From Blastocatellia bacterium (GTDB taxonomy: Bacteria; Acidobacteriota; Blastocatellia; UBA7656): DNA of 64,000 bases. Below are positions 49,995 to 59,651 of the stretch, piece by piece (position 1 is the stretch's first letter; every line of letters starts with the position of its first letter). A model generated the notes under the pieces. The model did no database searches and had not been told where the DNA came from. It was given only the letters and a program-made list of their open reading frames with translations. The DNA lies in assembly GCA_963765495.1 (NCBI GenBank), contig CAVXWP010000008.1:64001-128000 (forward strand), in the 5' to 3' direction. The translations under genes were made by a program, and so were the position numbers.

Positions 49995-51305
49995 GTGCGA
50001 CATTTTTTTAATAGAATCTTTGAAGCCCTCTTCGGGAACTATCGTGACTATACGCTTGAGCATCGTCTGTTCAACACGATAAGCCTGCTCAACGGAGTCA
50101 CGAATATTTTCGGCGCTGTCTATCTGCCTGCATCTCAAACCCACAATTTTCTTCTGCTTCTGCAAACCGGCACGGGAATATTGTTTTTGATCTTTTACTA
50201 TTTCTCTCGCTTTCGGGGCGTGTACCATTTCCTCTACTGGCCTTTTGTCCTGCTCATCCTTGTCTTCCTGTTTGTCAATGCGCTCTCAAACGGGGCCACC
50301 ATGGGCGGAGCGCATTACTACTTTATCCCTGCGCTCGTGATAGCGGTCATTTTGTCAACGAATGCGCGAACCAGATCGATTGCCTTTGCCGTCTTTATCT
50401 CTGCGACCATCGCGCTGCTCTTGATAGAGCGATTTCGCCCGTCGCTCGTAATGCTGCATTTAACACCGGAAGAGAGGTGGTATGATGTTTCGGCAAATTA
50501 CCTGTTTGTAGAGCTTTTTACCGGAATTCTTGTAGTCATACTGATGCGTAACCTGAATCAGGAGCGCAGAAAGTCTGACCGGCTGCTGCTGAATGTATTG
50601 CCTGAGAGCATCGCCAGAGAGCTACAGAAAAATGATCGGGTCAGACCTCAACAATACGACAGCGCGACTGTGCTGTTTTCGGATTTCGTCGGCTTTACCA
50701 AAATAGCCGAATCCCTGACTCCGCAGGAATTGATCGGAGAGCTTGATACCTGCTTTCGAAATTTCGACCGGATTGCCAGAAAGCATAACCTTGAAAAGAT
50801 CAAGACGATAGGCGATGCATACATGGCCGTGGGCGGCATACCCCGGCCCAATCGGACGCACGCAATTGATGCTGTGCTCGTGGCGCTTAAGATCGAAGAG
50901 TTTATGGATGAATTAAAGAAGAAGAAGATGGCCGAAAGCGGCAGGTACTGGCAATTGCGTCTCGGGATACATACGGGTCGGTTGGTGGCTGGTGTGATCG
51001 GGCAGGAAAAGTTTGCATATGATGTCTGGGGAGACACGGTCAATACCGCGAGCCGTCTGGAATCATCCGGCGCACCCGACCGGATAAATATTTCGTGGGC
51101 CACTTACGAGATAGTAAAAGACTTCTTTGATTGCGAATATCGCGGCAAGATTCCAGCAAAAAACAAAGGCGAAATCGACATGTATTTTGTCAACCGCATT
51201 CGGCCCGAATTGTCTGATGATGAAACGGGTACCACGCCAAATCGAAGGTTTCTTGAAATGTATGAATTGATGCGTGATGCGCGAAGAGTGTTACCTGATT
51301 CGTGA
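49995..51305 (+). CDS. Membrane-bound class III adenylate cyclase
   Basis: About 6 TM helices, then TVLFSDFVGFT, EKIKTIGDAYM and YDVWGDTVNTASRLES (K/D residues typical of ATP specificity). Confidence 0.92.
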   Translation: MRHFFNRIFEALFGNYRDYTLEHRLFNTISLLNGVTNIFGAVYLPASQTHNFLLLLQTGTGILFLIFYYFSRFRGVYHFLYWPFVLLILVFLFVNALSNGATMGGAHYYFIPALVIAVILSTNARTRSIAFAVFISATIALLLIERFRPSLVMLHLTPEERWYDVSANYLFVELFTGILVVILMRNLNQERRKSDRLLLNVLPESIARELQKNDRVRPQQYDSATVLFSDFVGFTKIAESLTPQELIGELDTCFRNFDRIARKHNLEKIKTIGDAYMAVGGIPRPNRTHAIDAVLVALKIEEFMDELKKKKMAESGRYWQLRLGIHTGRLVAGVIGQEKFAYDVWGDTVNTASRLESSGAPDRINISWATYEIVKDFFDCEYRGKIPAKNKGEIDMYFVNRIRPELSDDETGTTPNRRFLEMYELMRDARRVLPDS

Positions 51306-51384
51306 CTTTCAGGTAAGGTGCAGGTTTAGAGTAACCTGCATGTCTCACGAATCACGAATCACGAATCACGAATTACGAATCACG
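51296..51384. repeat. Palindromic element family A, copy 5
   Basis: TGATTCGTG arm containing the cyclase stop, 45-bp core, (AATCACG)x5. Confidence 0.85.
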
Positions 51385-51506
51385 CCTCGTTGCTTGCGGT
51401 TGACAAGGCAGAGGCAAAAATAGTATTTCAAGTCTATCCCCTTTGCGCCCGGACAGGACATCCCACAAGTGATGCGGGCAAGAGTTCCACGAAACTGGTT
51501 TTAATT

Positions 51507-52403
51507 ATGAATCACCTCACCCAACGTATGATTTCGCTTTGCGCGGCGTTCGTGCTATTGCTCGTGTGGCCGATCAACACCCGGTCGCAATCGGGATTGC
51601 GGCGCGATGCAAGTTCACGGGTTGTACTTTTTGCCGTAAACTCGCTTGACGAGAAATCCTTCTTCATAGCCCCGATTGTCATTGTGGATAGGGGGCGCTA
51701 CATCCAGCCGCCCCCGGGGACCGACCTGCGCGGGGATCGTGACCCGGCATCGGCTCAGTTTGCCGCCTCTTATTTCAAAACGGGCAGGAAATACCGGCTG
51801 CTTTCGGGCGGGGCCGAAGTGGGAACGGCTACCGTCAAACAGCGAAAAGAGATCGCGTGTGCCTCGCTTGCAAGCATCGTTGAAGTTGAGACCGCAGCCA
51901 AGATAGGCGGCGAAGTGCGGGCGCTGGCTACGGACTCGGCTGCGATCGGGCGCAGACGGCGCTCCCGGCGAATGCCTACGATTGACGAGCGCGCCGCTGT
52001 CTTGAAGCTGGCCGAACAGGCTTACCGTCAAAAGAAGGTTCCCGCTGCGTTGATAAAAGAGATCAAGACTATCAACCTTACGGGGTCTGACCTTGACGGC
52101 AACGGAAAAGCCGAGATGATCGGCAGCTATGTCATAAGAGATAGCGCCATACAATACTCGCTTTTCATCGTAGCCGAGCCGGTCGGAAAAGGCTTCAAGA
52201 CGGCGATGGTCTGGTACAGACGGAGCGCGAAGGAGAGGGACCAGCAGGACCGCCGTCTGGTTGACGTGGTTGACCTCGACCGCGACGGCGTAGCTGAAAT
52301 CATCACCGTGACCGTCTATTTCGAAAGCGCCGACTTCACTATCTACAAAAAGCAAAAAGGGCGATGGCGAAGCGTCTATATAGGGGGCGGATACGGGTGC
52401 TGA
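51507..52403 (+). CDS. Secreted hypothetical protein with FG-GAP-like D.DG.G..E motifs
   Basis: Signal peptide; DLDGNGKAE and DLDRDGVAE; C-terminal GGGYGC. Confidence 0.7.
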   Translation: MNHLTQRMISLCAAFVLLLVWPINTRSQSGLRRDASSRVVLFAVNSLDEKSFFIAPIVIVDRGRYIQPPPGTDLRGDRDPASAQFAASYFKTGRKYRLLSGGAEVGTATVKQRKEIACASLASIVEVETAAKIGGEVRALATDSAAIGRRRRSRRMPTIDERAAVLKLAEQAYRQKKVPAALIKEIKTINLTGSDLDGNGKAEMIGSYVIRDSAIQYSLFIVAEPVGKGFKTAMVWYRRSAKERDQQDRRLVDVVDLDRDGVAEIITVTVYFESADFTIYKKQKGRWRSVYIGGGYGC

Positions 52404-52463
52404 TCGCTTGCGGGCACGCAATCGATTCAGACAGGTTTATTGAGAAGCCTGTTGCTAAAAGGC

Positions 52464-53189
52464 TCAATCAAGCCCTTCTCGTTGTCGGGTCAACCTGCGC
52501 ATAGGGTCGTCGTAGCCTTCAGGGCCGCGTACCCGCCCCGCCGCGTTCTGTCGCTTGAGAGTGTAAAGCGCCACGAAGGTAAGACCGGCATTAAATAGCG
52601 CGCCTATCAGCAACACTACAAAACCGGGGACCGGCCCGACTGCCGCGCGCGTCAGTAACTCGCCGCTGCTCTGCAAGGGAAGCGGATGGATGATGATCTT
52701 TGCGATGTAACTTATTCCGAGTACCGCAAAAATCCAGGCGTAGTTTCGCCTGAGTCGCCTTCCCGTTGCCTCAAGATAACCGATGTGAAAATGCAGATGC
52801 GCCAGATCGCGCGCAAGCGTGTCGTTCCACCCATCGTCTGTTGTGATGCCTTTGCCTCTGAGCATAGGAACATAGAATCCCACTTCAAGCAATCTGACCC
52901 GCGTGCGCCAGATGTCGAAATAGCGGTACCGACGCCCTTCGATTATCAGGAAGACCAGCACCAGTAGCTCTATCAGTATCAGTGGCAACGGAGAGTTTTG
53001 CGGATTACTGAAGGTGACCGATAAAGCTATGCCCGTCGTAGCTACGGCCCAGTTTGTCGTCGTGTCGAGCCGTGTGCGCCAGATTTTACTCCGGTACATC
53101 TCTCCACGGTAGAGGTGCGCAAGCACTCCCATCTCAGCGGGGGAGAACTCGATTTGTGAGTTCTTGCTATCCGACCTGCTCATTCTCAA
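52464..53189 (-). CDS. DUF2270 family membrane protein
   Basis: AHLYRGE..R...WR.RLD.TTNWA, E.RRYRYFD.WR.RVR and RLRRNY motifs. Confidence 0.88.
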   Translation of the reverse strand: MRMSRSDSKNSQIEFSPAEMGVLAHLYRGEMYRSKIWRTRLDTTTNWAVATTGIALSVTFSNPQNSPLPLILIELLVLVFLIIEGRRYRYFDIWRTRVRLLEVGFYVPMLRGKGITTDDGWNDTLARDLAHLHFHIGYLEATGRRLRRNYAWIFAVLGISYIAKIIIHPLPLQSSGELLTRAAVGPVPGFVVLLIGALFNAGLTFVALYTLKRQNAAGRVRGPEGYDDPMRRLTRQREGLD

Positions 53190-53339
53190 TCCTCCTATTT
53201 TTCAGGTGTGAATATTTTGCAAAGACAGGGCTGATACTACTCCGGTAATTCGGGGCGTTCAAATCCCGGGCCATTCAGTTTTTGAGTTTCGGGCATTAGG
53301 CAATGGCCTTGTTGAAGGTTATCTTGAATTAAAGGCGGA

Positions 53340-53460
53340 TGGGAATAGACCGGGACGGACGCGGATCGGGCGGATTTTCGCGGATCTGACTTATTATGAT
53401 CTAATCCGCGTCGATCCGCCCGATCCGTGTCATCCGTGGTCTATTTCTATTATCCTATTC
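53340..53460. repeat. Palindromic element family C, full copy
   Basis: gaatagaccg...cgcggatctgac-ttattatgatct-aatccgcg...ggtctatt; GGGCCATTCAG about 70 bp upstream. Confidence 0.82.
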
Positions 53461-53591
53461 TAGATTTTGGAAGTCTGTGTGGCTTTGATTTTAATTGGCT
53501 TTATTGCGCGCAATGTTAACAAGGGCTCGCTTTCGGCAATAATCACAGCTATAGTTTTGAAAGTTGTTGAGCCATCGTAAATGCGCGCAAT

Positions 53592-55850
53592 GTGTGGAAA
53601 GGAGACCTTCCTGTGGGCCTTTGTGAAGTATATCTGGGCCGTCAGACCTGGGGAGACTATCTCAGCAACCGTAATCTGATCGAATACTTCGAAAGAGCGC
53701 TCCCGATTCAAAGCGGCGACCATCTTCAGCTATCGGCCACGGGCTCCATGCAACTCGGATTGTCTGAGAGCGATTACAATCTGGCCAAGGAATCGGGGCT
53801 TGGGGCGCTTGGGGCCGGGATCAGCCACGCGCTTGACGATCTGCAATACAGCATAGAATTTGGCTTCGAACAACTTGGCGGTGGAATAGATCAACTTAAC
53901 GCCGATTTCAACCTGCTGCTGGGCGACATCATCTGGAAACTTGAGATGCACCAGGAAACGCTCAACACCATCCTGCACGAGATAAGGCTGGCCGAATTCG
54001 AAAGGGAGGCTCGCGCCTATCGAAGCCGCGCCGAACGCGCCTATGCCAACGGCTGGTACGAAGAGGCGCTCGACGACTTCATTCAGGCCGAGAAGCGAAA
54101 CTATCCAGACTTTGCGGTACATCGCTCGATTGCAAGCATATGTTTTTATCACCTGATTGATTTGCCAAAAGCGCTAGAGTATTTCCGAAAAGCCGCCAAG
54201 TATTCTCGCCCAAGTGATCGCCGCCAGTCTGCCGAATCCTTTTACTTCGCCGGGATGGTCTGCGCCACTCAACAGAATTTCAAGGAGGGCTTCGATCACC
54301 TTGCCGAGGCGGTCAAGCTCAACCCGGACCTTTACGAAGCCCACTATCAGATGGCCGCAATGGCCGCGATGCTCGGGGATGGCGAGAGCGTGGCAATCAG
54401 CCTGGAAGCCGCAATCAAAGGCGACCCGCGCTACTACGAACGCGCCAGAAAAGATGACGTGTTTGACTCTGTGCGAGATCACGTACAGGTCTTGCTTGAG
54501 AAGTTGCTCGAACCCGTTCAGGAAAAGCTCGTTCAGGTGAGACAGGATGCCGAAATTTTGAAGGGTTACATCATAGCCAGGCCCGACAAACGCCAGCGGG
54601 TTTCAAGCATCTTTCGCAGCATCGAAGAACAGGTGGAAGCAGCCGGTTCTTATCAGGCAGGTTTGCGATTCCTCGATACTCTGGCTCAATTGCAGATCGA
54701 GTTGCGAGGTATTTATGATCTCTTTTACAAACATTACGAAATCGACACGCGCGATTATGCGCGGTGCATAGCCTTCAGCCCTGACGGAAGACTTGTGGCC
54801 TCGGGCTTTTTGAGTGAAGGGATAAAGGTCTGGGAGGCCGACACAGGGCGACGTCTGCAATCGCTGAAGGGGCACAGTTCAAGCGTGAATTCAGTGGCCT
54901 TCTCCCCTAATAGTTTGTGGCTGGCCTCCGGCAGTCGAGATCGGTCAATAAAGCTCTGGGAGATGGCCACGGGTCAGGAGATCAAGACCCTAAACGGTCA
55001 CGACGGGGAAGTCAGGGCGGTTACTTTCAGCCCTGACGGGCGATGGCTCGCGAGCGCAAGTCACGACCAGACCCTGAAGTTGTGGGGTGCGGTAACTGGG
55101 CGCGAAGTTCAATCTATGACCGGGCATCAGAATCAGGTCACATCGGCCGCCTTCAGCCCCGATGGTCGTCTGCTCGCCTCCGGCAGCATGGATAAAACGG
55201 TGAAGCTTTGGGATGTAGAGACCGGGCGAGAGATTCGCACACTCGAAGGTCACTCGAGAGGCGTCTCTTCGGTAGCCTTCAGCCCCGACGGGCGATGGCT
55301 TGCCTCGGGCGGGGACGACAAGATAGTAAAGGTGTGGGAAACCGATACGGGACGGGATGTGCGCACGCTCACAGGCCACTGCAATGATGTGACCTCCGTG
55401 GCCTTCAGCCCCGACGGGGAACTGCTTGCCGCCGGCAGTCTTGGGCAGACCGTCAGACTGTGGCGGATGTCTACCGGGCGAGTCGTAAAGACGCTCTGGT
55501 ACAGAGAGATAAGCTGGAATCAGGTAGCATTTTCCCCGAGAGGACAGTGGCTTGCGCTTGCGAGTCGAGACCTGCAACTATGGTCAAAGGTGATACTGAC
55601 TCAGGAAGAGTACGCGGAGCTGAAGGCTCGTGAAGAGCATGCCCTGCAATTGAAACAGGAGGCCGAATGGCTTGCCGAAGAACGCGCCGCGACCGACAGA
55701 TTGGAAAGAACTATTCTTGCGGGCAATGAATTGAGAGCGTACCGCCGCGCGGCGGGTCAGTGCGAAATATGCGGCAAACGATTGAAATTCTTTTCGAGAG
55801 TGACGCGCCGTCTCTATTGCAAAGCTCACAGAGTCAGGGTTCTAAGATAG
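53592..55850 (+). CDS. TPR + WD40 repeat protein with a C-terminal CxxC...CxxH motif
   Basis: TPR-like helices, 6-7 GH...V.SVAFSPDG.LASGS.D..VKLW repeats, CEIC...CKAH. Confidence 0.88.
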   Translation: MWKGDLPVGLCEVYLGRQTWGDYLSNRNLIEYFERALPIQSGDHLQLSATGSMQLGLSESDYNLAKESGLGALGAGISHALDDLQYSIEFGFEQLGGGIDQLNADFNLLLGDIIWKLEMHQETLNTILHEIRLAEFEREARAYRSRAERAYANGWYEEALDDFIQAEKRNYPDFAVHRSIASICFYHLIDLPKALEYFRKAAKYSRPSDRRQSAESFYFAGMVCATQQNFKEGFDHLAEAVKLNPDLYEAHYQMAAMAAMLGDGESVAISLEAAIKGDPRYYERARKDDVFDSVRDHVQVLLEKLLEPVQEKLVQVRQDAEILKGYIIARPDKRQRVSSIFRSIEEQVEAAGSYQAGLRFLDTLAQLQIELRGIYDLFYKHYEIDTRDYARCIAFSPDGRLVASGFLSEGIKVWEADTGRRLQSLKGHSSSVNSVAFSPNSLWLASGSRDRSIKLWEMATGQEIKTLNGHDGEVRAVTFSPDGRWLASASHDQTLKLWGAVTGREVQSMTGHQNQVTSAAFSPDGRLLASGSMDKTVKLWDVETGREIRTLEGHSRGVSSVAFSPDGRWLASGGDDKIVKVWETDTGRDVRTLTGHCNDVTSVAFSPDGELLAAGSLGQTVRLWRMSTGRVVKTLWYREISWNQVAFSPRGQWLALASRDLQLWSKVILTQEEYAELKAREEHALQLKQEAEWLAEERAATDRLERTILAGNELRAYRRAAGQCEICGKRLKFFSRVTRRLYCKAHRVRVLR

Positions 55851-56148
55851 CTCACCTTCACCGTGTATGTCCCTCCTCAAATGTCAGCAGCAATGATATA
55901 CGAAATCCAAAACAACCGAAATCCGCAGACCTTCTTTAGTCATTTTGATTGATCGAGCGCGATCTGCTGTCAAAAGAGTCCCAGGATTTCAAAATGTCCG
56001 GTTGGTTAAGGCGTCAATCAAGTCGCCGCCTCAATGTCAATAAACCCGATTAAATTCAATAATAAGAGAATACCGCGACAATCAGAATCTGAGAATTTTT
56101 GGAAAGCTGCCGGCTTATTTAGCCTGTATTTGAAGGCTTCGATTGAGT

Positions 56149-56165
56149 TGGCACGCGTATTGACT
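56149..56165 (+). promoter_or_regulatory. Possible variant sigma54 promoter
   Basis: TGGCACGCGTATTGACT: consensus -24 element, -12 reads TTGA rather than TTGC. Confidence 0.4.
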
Positions 56166-56215
56166 AAGCAAGCGTGGAAGGAAAACATCAAAGTTTTTTA
56201 TAAGGATGGTGACCT

Positions 56216-56992
56216 GTGAAGTATGAGAACTCAAACCGGAACTCCTCGATGCTATTAATGCTGTTGACTCTTGTCCTGACGCTCAACGCTGTGGTTGACC
56301 TCAGCGCTGCTGCGATCTTCCAGGCTTTCTACGCCGGACAGTCGTGGATGCCGATGGTTGTTCTCGTGCTGCTGCTCTCGTCCTTGAAGGCCACACGGTT
56401 GTTGGGAGACAGGACGCGGAGCATGCTTGGCGAAGTGGCCGTCCTGTCCAGCGCCGCCATCTTTGGGCCGGTTGCCGCTGTTATCGCCGCAGCGGCGCAT
56501 CGAGCCAGTCATTATCAGAAAGAGTCAGGCGGATGGAGCAAATACCTCTATAACGTAGCGGCCTGCGTGTCGGCTGCAAACACCGCCGGGTATGCTACGA
56601 AGGCATTAATTCCTTCCTTTGGATTCAGCACCATAGATATTTCTTCATTGGAGATGGTCCTGGCGATGGGAATCTATACCTCCATATATTTCGTTCTTCT
56701 TACGGCGCTGTCTTGCGCTTATGATGCCATTGCAAATCAGGCATCTCTCTTCTCAATGATGAAATCAATATTACTCGGAACCTGGTTGAGATACTTTCTG
56801 GGTGGCGCAAGCGCGCTTGCGGCATTCTTCGTGCTCGCTCAGTTGGACTTTAATTATGCTCTTATGAAAACAATCGAATCCCCCCAGTTTCGTGTAGCAG
56901 CCACGGTAGTGATGATGCTGTTAACCCTCCACCAGATTATCTTCAATAAAGTTCATAGCGCCAATCCTTCCAACCACGCCACGCAACGCTGA
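56216..56992 (+). CDS. Hypothetical polytopic membrane protein
   Basis: About 7-8 hydrophobic segments, FGP.AA and K..YN.A patterns; no cytoplasmic output domain. Confidence 0.65.
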   Translation: MKYENSNRNSSMLLMLLTLVLTLNAVVDLSAAAIFQAFYAGQSWMPMVVLVLLLSSLKATRLLGDRTRSMLGEVAVLSSAAIFGPVAAVIAAAAHRASHYQKESGGWSKYLYNVAACVSAANTAGYATKALIPSFGFSTIDISSLEMVLAMGIYTSIYFVLLTALSCAYDAIANQASLFSMMKSILLGTWLRYFLGGASALAAFFVLAQLDFNYALMKTIESPQFRVAATVVMMLLTLHQIIFNKVHSANPSNHATQR

Positions 56993-57012
56993 TGTGAATC
57001 ATCGCTATCGGT

Positions 57013-57050
57013 AAAAGCCTGAGACACACTCTTGTTTGTCTCAGGCTTTT
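57013..57050. terminator. Bidirectional rho-independent terminator
   Basis: AAAAGCCTGAGACA...TGTCTCAGGCTTTT between convergent genes. Confidence 0.8.
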
Positions 57051-57077
57051 ACATTTGCCCGTTTATAGCTGAACCCA

Positions 57078-57938
57078 TTAAGCAGTCAGGGGGCGAAGAT
57101 AATAAATCTCAGTCAACTGGTTCAGGCTCGTATAAAAAGTCTTCCACTCGATCTCGGCCCCGGGATTCAATTCAATACTCTTGATCAACTGATTAAGTCG
57201 CTCGGCCAGCGCAAGAATTCGCACAACGCGCGGGCGCGTGTCCTGATACAACCTGGTCTTGTCGAAATCGCTTCGCAACCGATCAAGTTCATCTTCGATA
57301 TCATCCATCAGGTCTTCGAGAGACCCCTCTGTTTTTGTCTCGTCAATCGAGGATTTATCCAGCGCCTTATCGAAAACTTTTTCAAATCTGTCGGAGCTTT
57401 TTTCCAGATTGTGTATCAGGGTATCAACCCTGGCTCTTGTTTCCTCAAAGTAGGATGGCCCCCAGCTTAACAGGCGAAAGTGATAAATATCGGCCAGGCG
57501 ATTGAGGTCTGCGCGGACACCATCCCAGATGTGGTCAGCTTCGGCGCTCAACCTGATACTGCGAAAAGCCCCATCAATTGTTTCGGCCTGCGCCAGCACA
57601 TCTGCTACCTGTGGATCAACATCCTCATACTTCTTAGCAATGTTCAGTTGTTCGCTCAGGTCTTTGAGCGTCTGCTTCAAATTCCTGGCCCTCTCATTGA
57701 GACTGGCCTCCTCAGAAGTACCTCCAACAGGGCTTTTGGCTAAAGCCGGATCAAAGAAGCCAGCAAATCGCTCTACGCTTTGGCGGAGCCTGTCGGCCAA
57801 TTGAGCGACCTCTTGCTTTGTATGTTCGTTATGGGCGTTGTCTTTATCCTGATTACGGCCCATTCCCTGTAAAGCCGAAATGGCGATGAGCCAACACAAA
57901 AGCGGCACAGCTATGATTCGGAGTCTGCGCTTGTTCAT
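57078..57938 (-). CDS. Secreted protein with a duplicated helical domain (distant paralogue of 42852-43739)
   Basis: Signal peptide; twice F...FD.AL.KS....T..E ... V...L..A ... W......LN.L..IY. Confidence 0.75.
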   Translation of the reverse strand: MNKRRLRIIAVPLLCWLIAISALQGMGRNQDKDNAHNEHTKQEVAQLADRLRQSVERFAGFFDPALAKSPVGGTSEEASLNERARNLKQTLKDLSEQLNIAKKYEDVDPQVADVLAQAETIDGAFRSIRLSAEADHIWDGVRADLNRLADIYHFRLLSWGPSYFEETRARVDTLIHNLEKSSDRFEKVFDKALDKSSIDETKTEGSLEDLMDDIEDELDRLRSDFDKTRLYQDTRPRVVRILALAERLNQLIKSIELNPGAEIEWKTFYTSLNQLTEIYYLRPLTA

Positions 57939-58049
57939 ATTATTTCCTCTCTTCATGTATCGAATCCTTATACAACAGTACACTTCTACGTGGTTGAACT
58001 GGGAATCCACTCGGATAGCCCCATTCATTCTGATCCTTTTATGATTAAA

Positions 58050-58065
58050 AGCAGACGCCGTGCCA
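58050..58065 (-). promoter_or_regulatory. Putative sigma54 promoter
   Basis: Minus strand TGGCACGGCGTCTGCT. Confidence 0.6.
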
Positions 58066-58133
58066 TGGTTACTGACGGGAAACTGATGTGAGCAGGTTGT
58101 GCTCTAAACATCTCACCAAATAACGAGTTACTG

Positions 58134-58532
58134 TTATACGCCCTGTCCATAGACGCGGCGGATACTCACACGCACGCTTGCACGATCCTTATTCGGATTT
58201 TCGGCAAGCCATAGGGTGGCGCGCTCTTCGCCTAGATACCTCTTTGCGAGCCGCGAGCGCAATTCGGGGTCTGCCGGTTCCACATTCGCAGACCCGCTCA
58301 AGGTCAGATACCGGGGTCCGGCTTCTACAGTGATGGTAATGGCGGGATTGCGGCGCAGATTGCGCGCTTTGACGCTATTTGCCCCTATGCTGAAACGGAT
58401 TTCGTCGCCGTCGAGCAGAAACCATACGACAGTTTGTTGTATGCTGCCGTCGGAGTTTAGCGTGCCTGCAACGGCATAATGAACTTCATTCAGGAATGCT
58501 CTTTGATGTTCGGTCATGGTCTTTTCTATCAT
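58134..58532 (-). CDS. PPOX-class (pyridoxamine 5'-phosphate oxidase-like) split-barrel protein
   Basis: T.N.DGS.Q.T.VWF, K.RNLRRNP and Y.TL.G.A motifs. Confidence 0.85.
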   Translation of the reverse strand: MIEKTMTEHQRAFLNEVHYAVAGTLNSDGSIQQTVVWFLLDGDEIRFSIGANSVKARNLRRNPAITITVEAGPRYLTLSGSANVEPADPELRSRLAKRYLGEERATLWLAENPNKDRASVRVSIRRVYGQGV

Positions 58533-58590
58533 ATTCTTGCCACGCAACCGAATCAAACGAGCAAAGCTTTTTCATAAATCAATCAGTGAT

Positions 58591-58747
58591 CAGGGCCAGG
58601 GCCATTTAATTCTCAGGACAATCTTAGCGAGCTTTGCGTTTTTGCGACTTGCGAAGCCACAGGTAGTTTCAAAGACGCAAAGTCGCAAAGCTCGCTAAGA
58701 GGTTTCATTAAGAAAGTTGCAGTCTTCTTGAGAATTAAATGGCCCTG
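58591..58747. mobile_element. MITE-like element with 19-bp terminal inverted repeats and 9-bp flanking direct repeat
   Basis: CAGGGCCATTTAATTCTCA (58597) / TGAGAATTAAATGGCCCTG (58729-58747); ATCAGTGAT at 58582-58590 and 58748-58756; internal hairpin. Confidence 0.65.
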
Positions 58748-58964
58748 ATCAGTGATTTTTTACCATCTCGGCATGCCTATCCGAGAATTAATGGCCCTGG
58801 TAGGTAAAGCGCAAGAGGCCGCCAACGGCAAGAAGCGATAGAGAAACTCGAATCAATTCAAGATATCTTTCTCGCATTCGCGCCTGTAGGCGGCCTCTTG
58901 TTAAGACCTGCTTTCAAACGATATGGCTTCTACAAAATCAGCGGGGGCTGCTCTGATTTGCCAA

Positions 58965-59594
58965 TCACTTCCGGGTGTAGCTGATTTCTGCGGCTTTATA
59001 CTCGTCTGGTGTTCCTACCAGATCATAGATTTCAAAGACGGACTTGTCTTTGCTGATGATCCTGTTGACGAACTTGACCAGTTTATCGTGCTCGCCGGTC
59101 GTAGGTTCGTCCATCTTGCCGTAAAAGGTCAGCACTTTCCCTGTTTGATCGAGTGATCCTTCGCCGGACACAATTGCCGTGCCCATATTGTCTATATGAA
59201 AGACGACGAACTTTTTCTTGAAGTTGTCATACCCTGTGATATTCATGCTGTTGAAGCTCATGCCCATCATCTGTCCGGCAGACTCTTCATACAAAAAACG
59301 CCCTTCCATGACCCATTTGATCTCAGCCGTCCCTTTTGCTTCGGACGAGGGCTTTGAATCTTTTCCAAACCATGCCCGAGTCACCGTATCCCATTTGCCT
59401 ACGAATTGATTTAGAAACTTGTGATGCTCGCCGGGAGTAGCCGCTTCCATCCATTTCTTCATCATCTCGTCGTCCATGGGCATGGACATTTCGCTCTTCG
59501 TCTTGTCCTGAGCGTTCTGCGCCCGAACATCGGCAGTCATCGACGCCGAGACGAGCATCAGCGCAATTGCAAACAACAGGAGCCGCACTTTCAT
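58965..59594 (-). CDS. DUF1579 family secreted protein
   Basis: Signal peptide; TPGEHH..L....G.W, GRF and GYDN.KKK.V...IDNMGT motifs. Confidence 0.85.
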   Translation of the reverse strand: MKVRLLLFAIALMLVSASMTADVRAQNAQDKTKSEMSMPMDDEMMKKWMEAATPGEHHKFLNQFVGKWDTVTRAWFGKDSKPSSEAKGTAEIKWVMEGRFLYEESAGQMMGMSFNSMNITGYDNFKKKFVVFHIDNMGTAIVSGEGSLDQTGKVLTFYGKMDEPTTGEHDKLVKFVNRIISKDKSVFEIYDLVGTPDEYKAAEISYTRK

Positions 59595-59651
59595 GGCTTC
59601 CTCCTTTCTCTGAGGGTGTCTTCTTTCACCACTTGAGATGAGCCCGCTACT

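Noticed and set aside
54770-55560. Approximately 126-bp nucleotide repeats
   Set aside because: Simply the coding repeats of WD40 blades.
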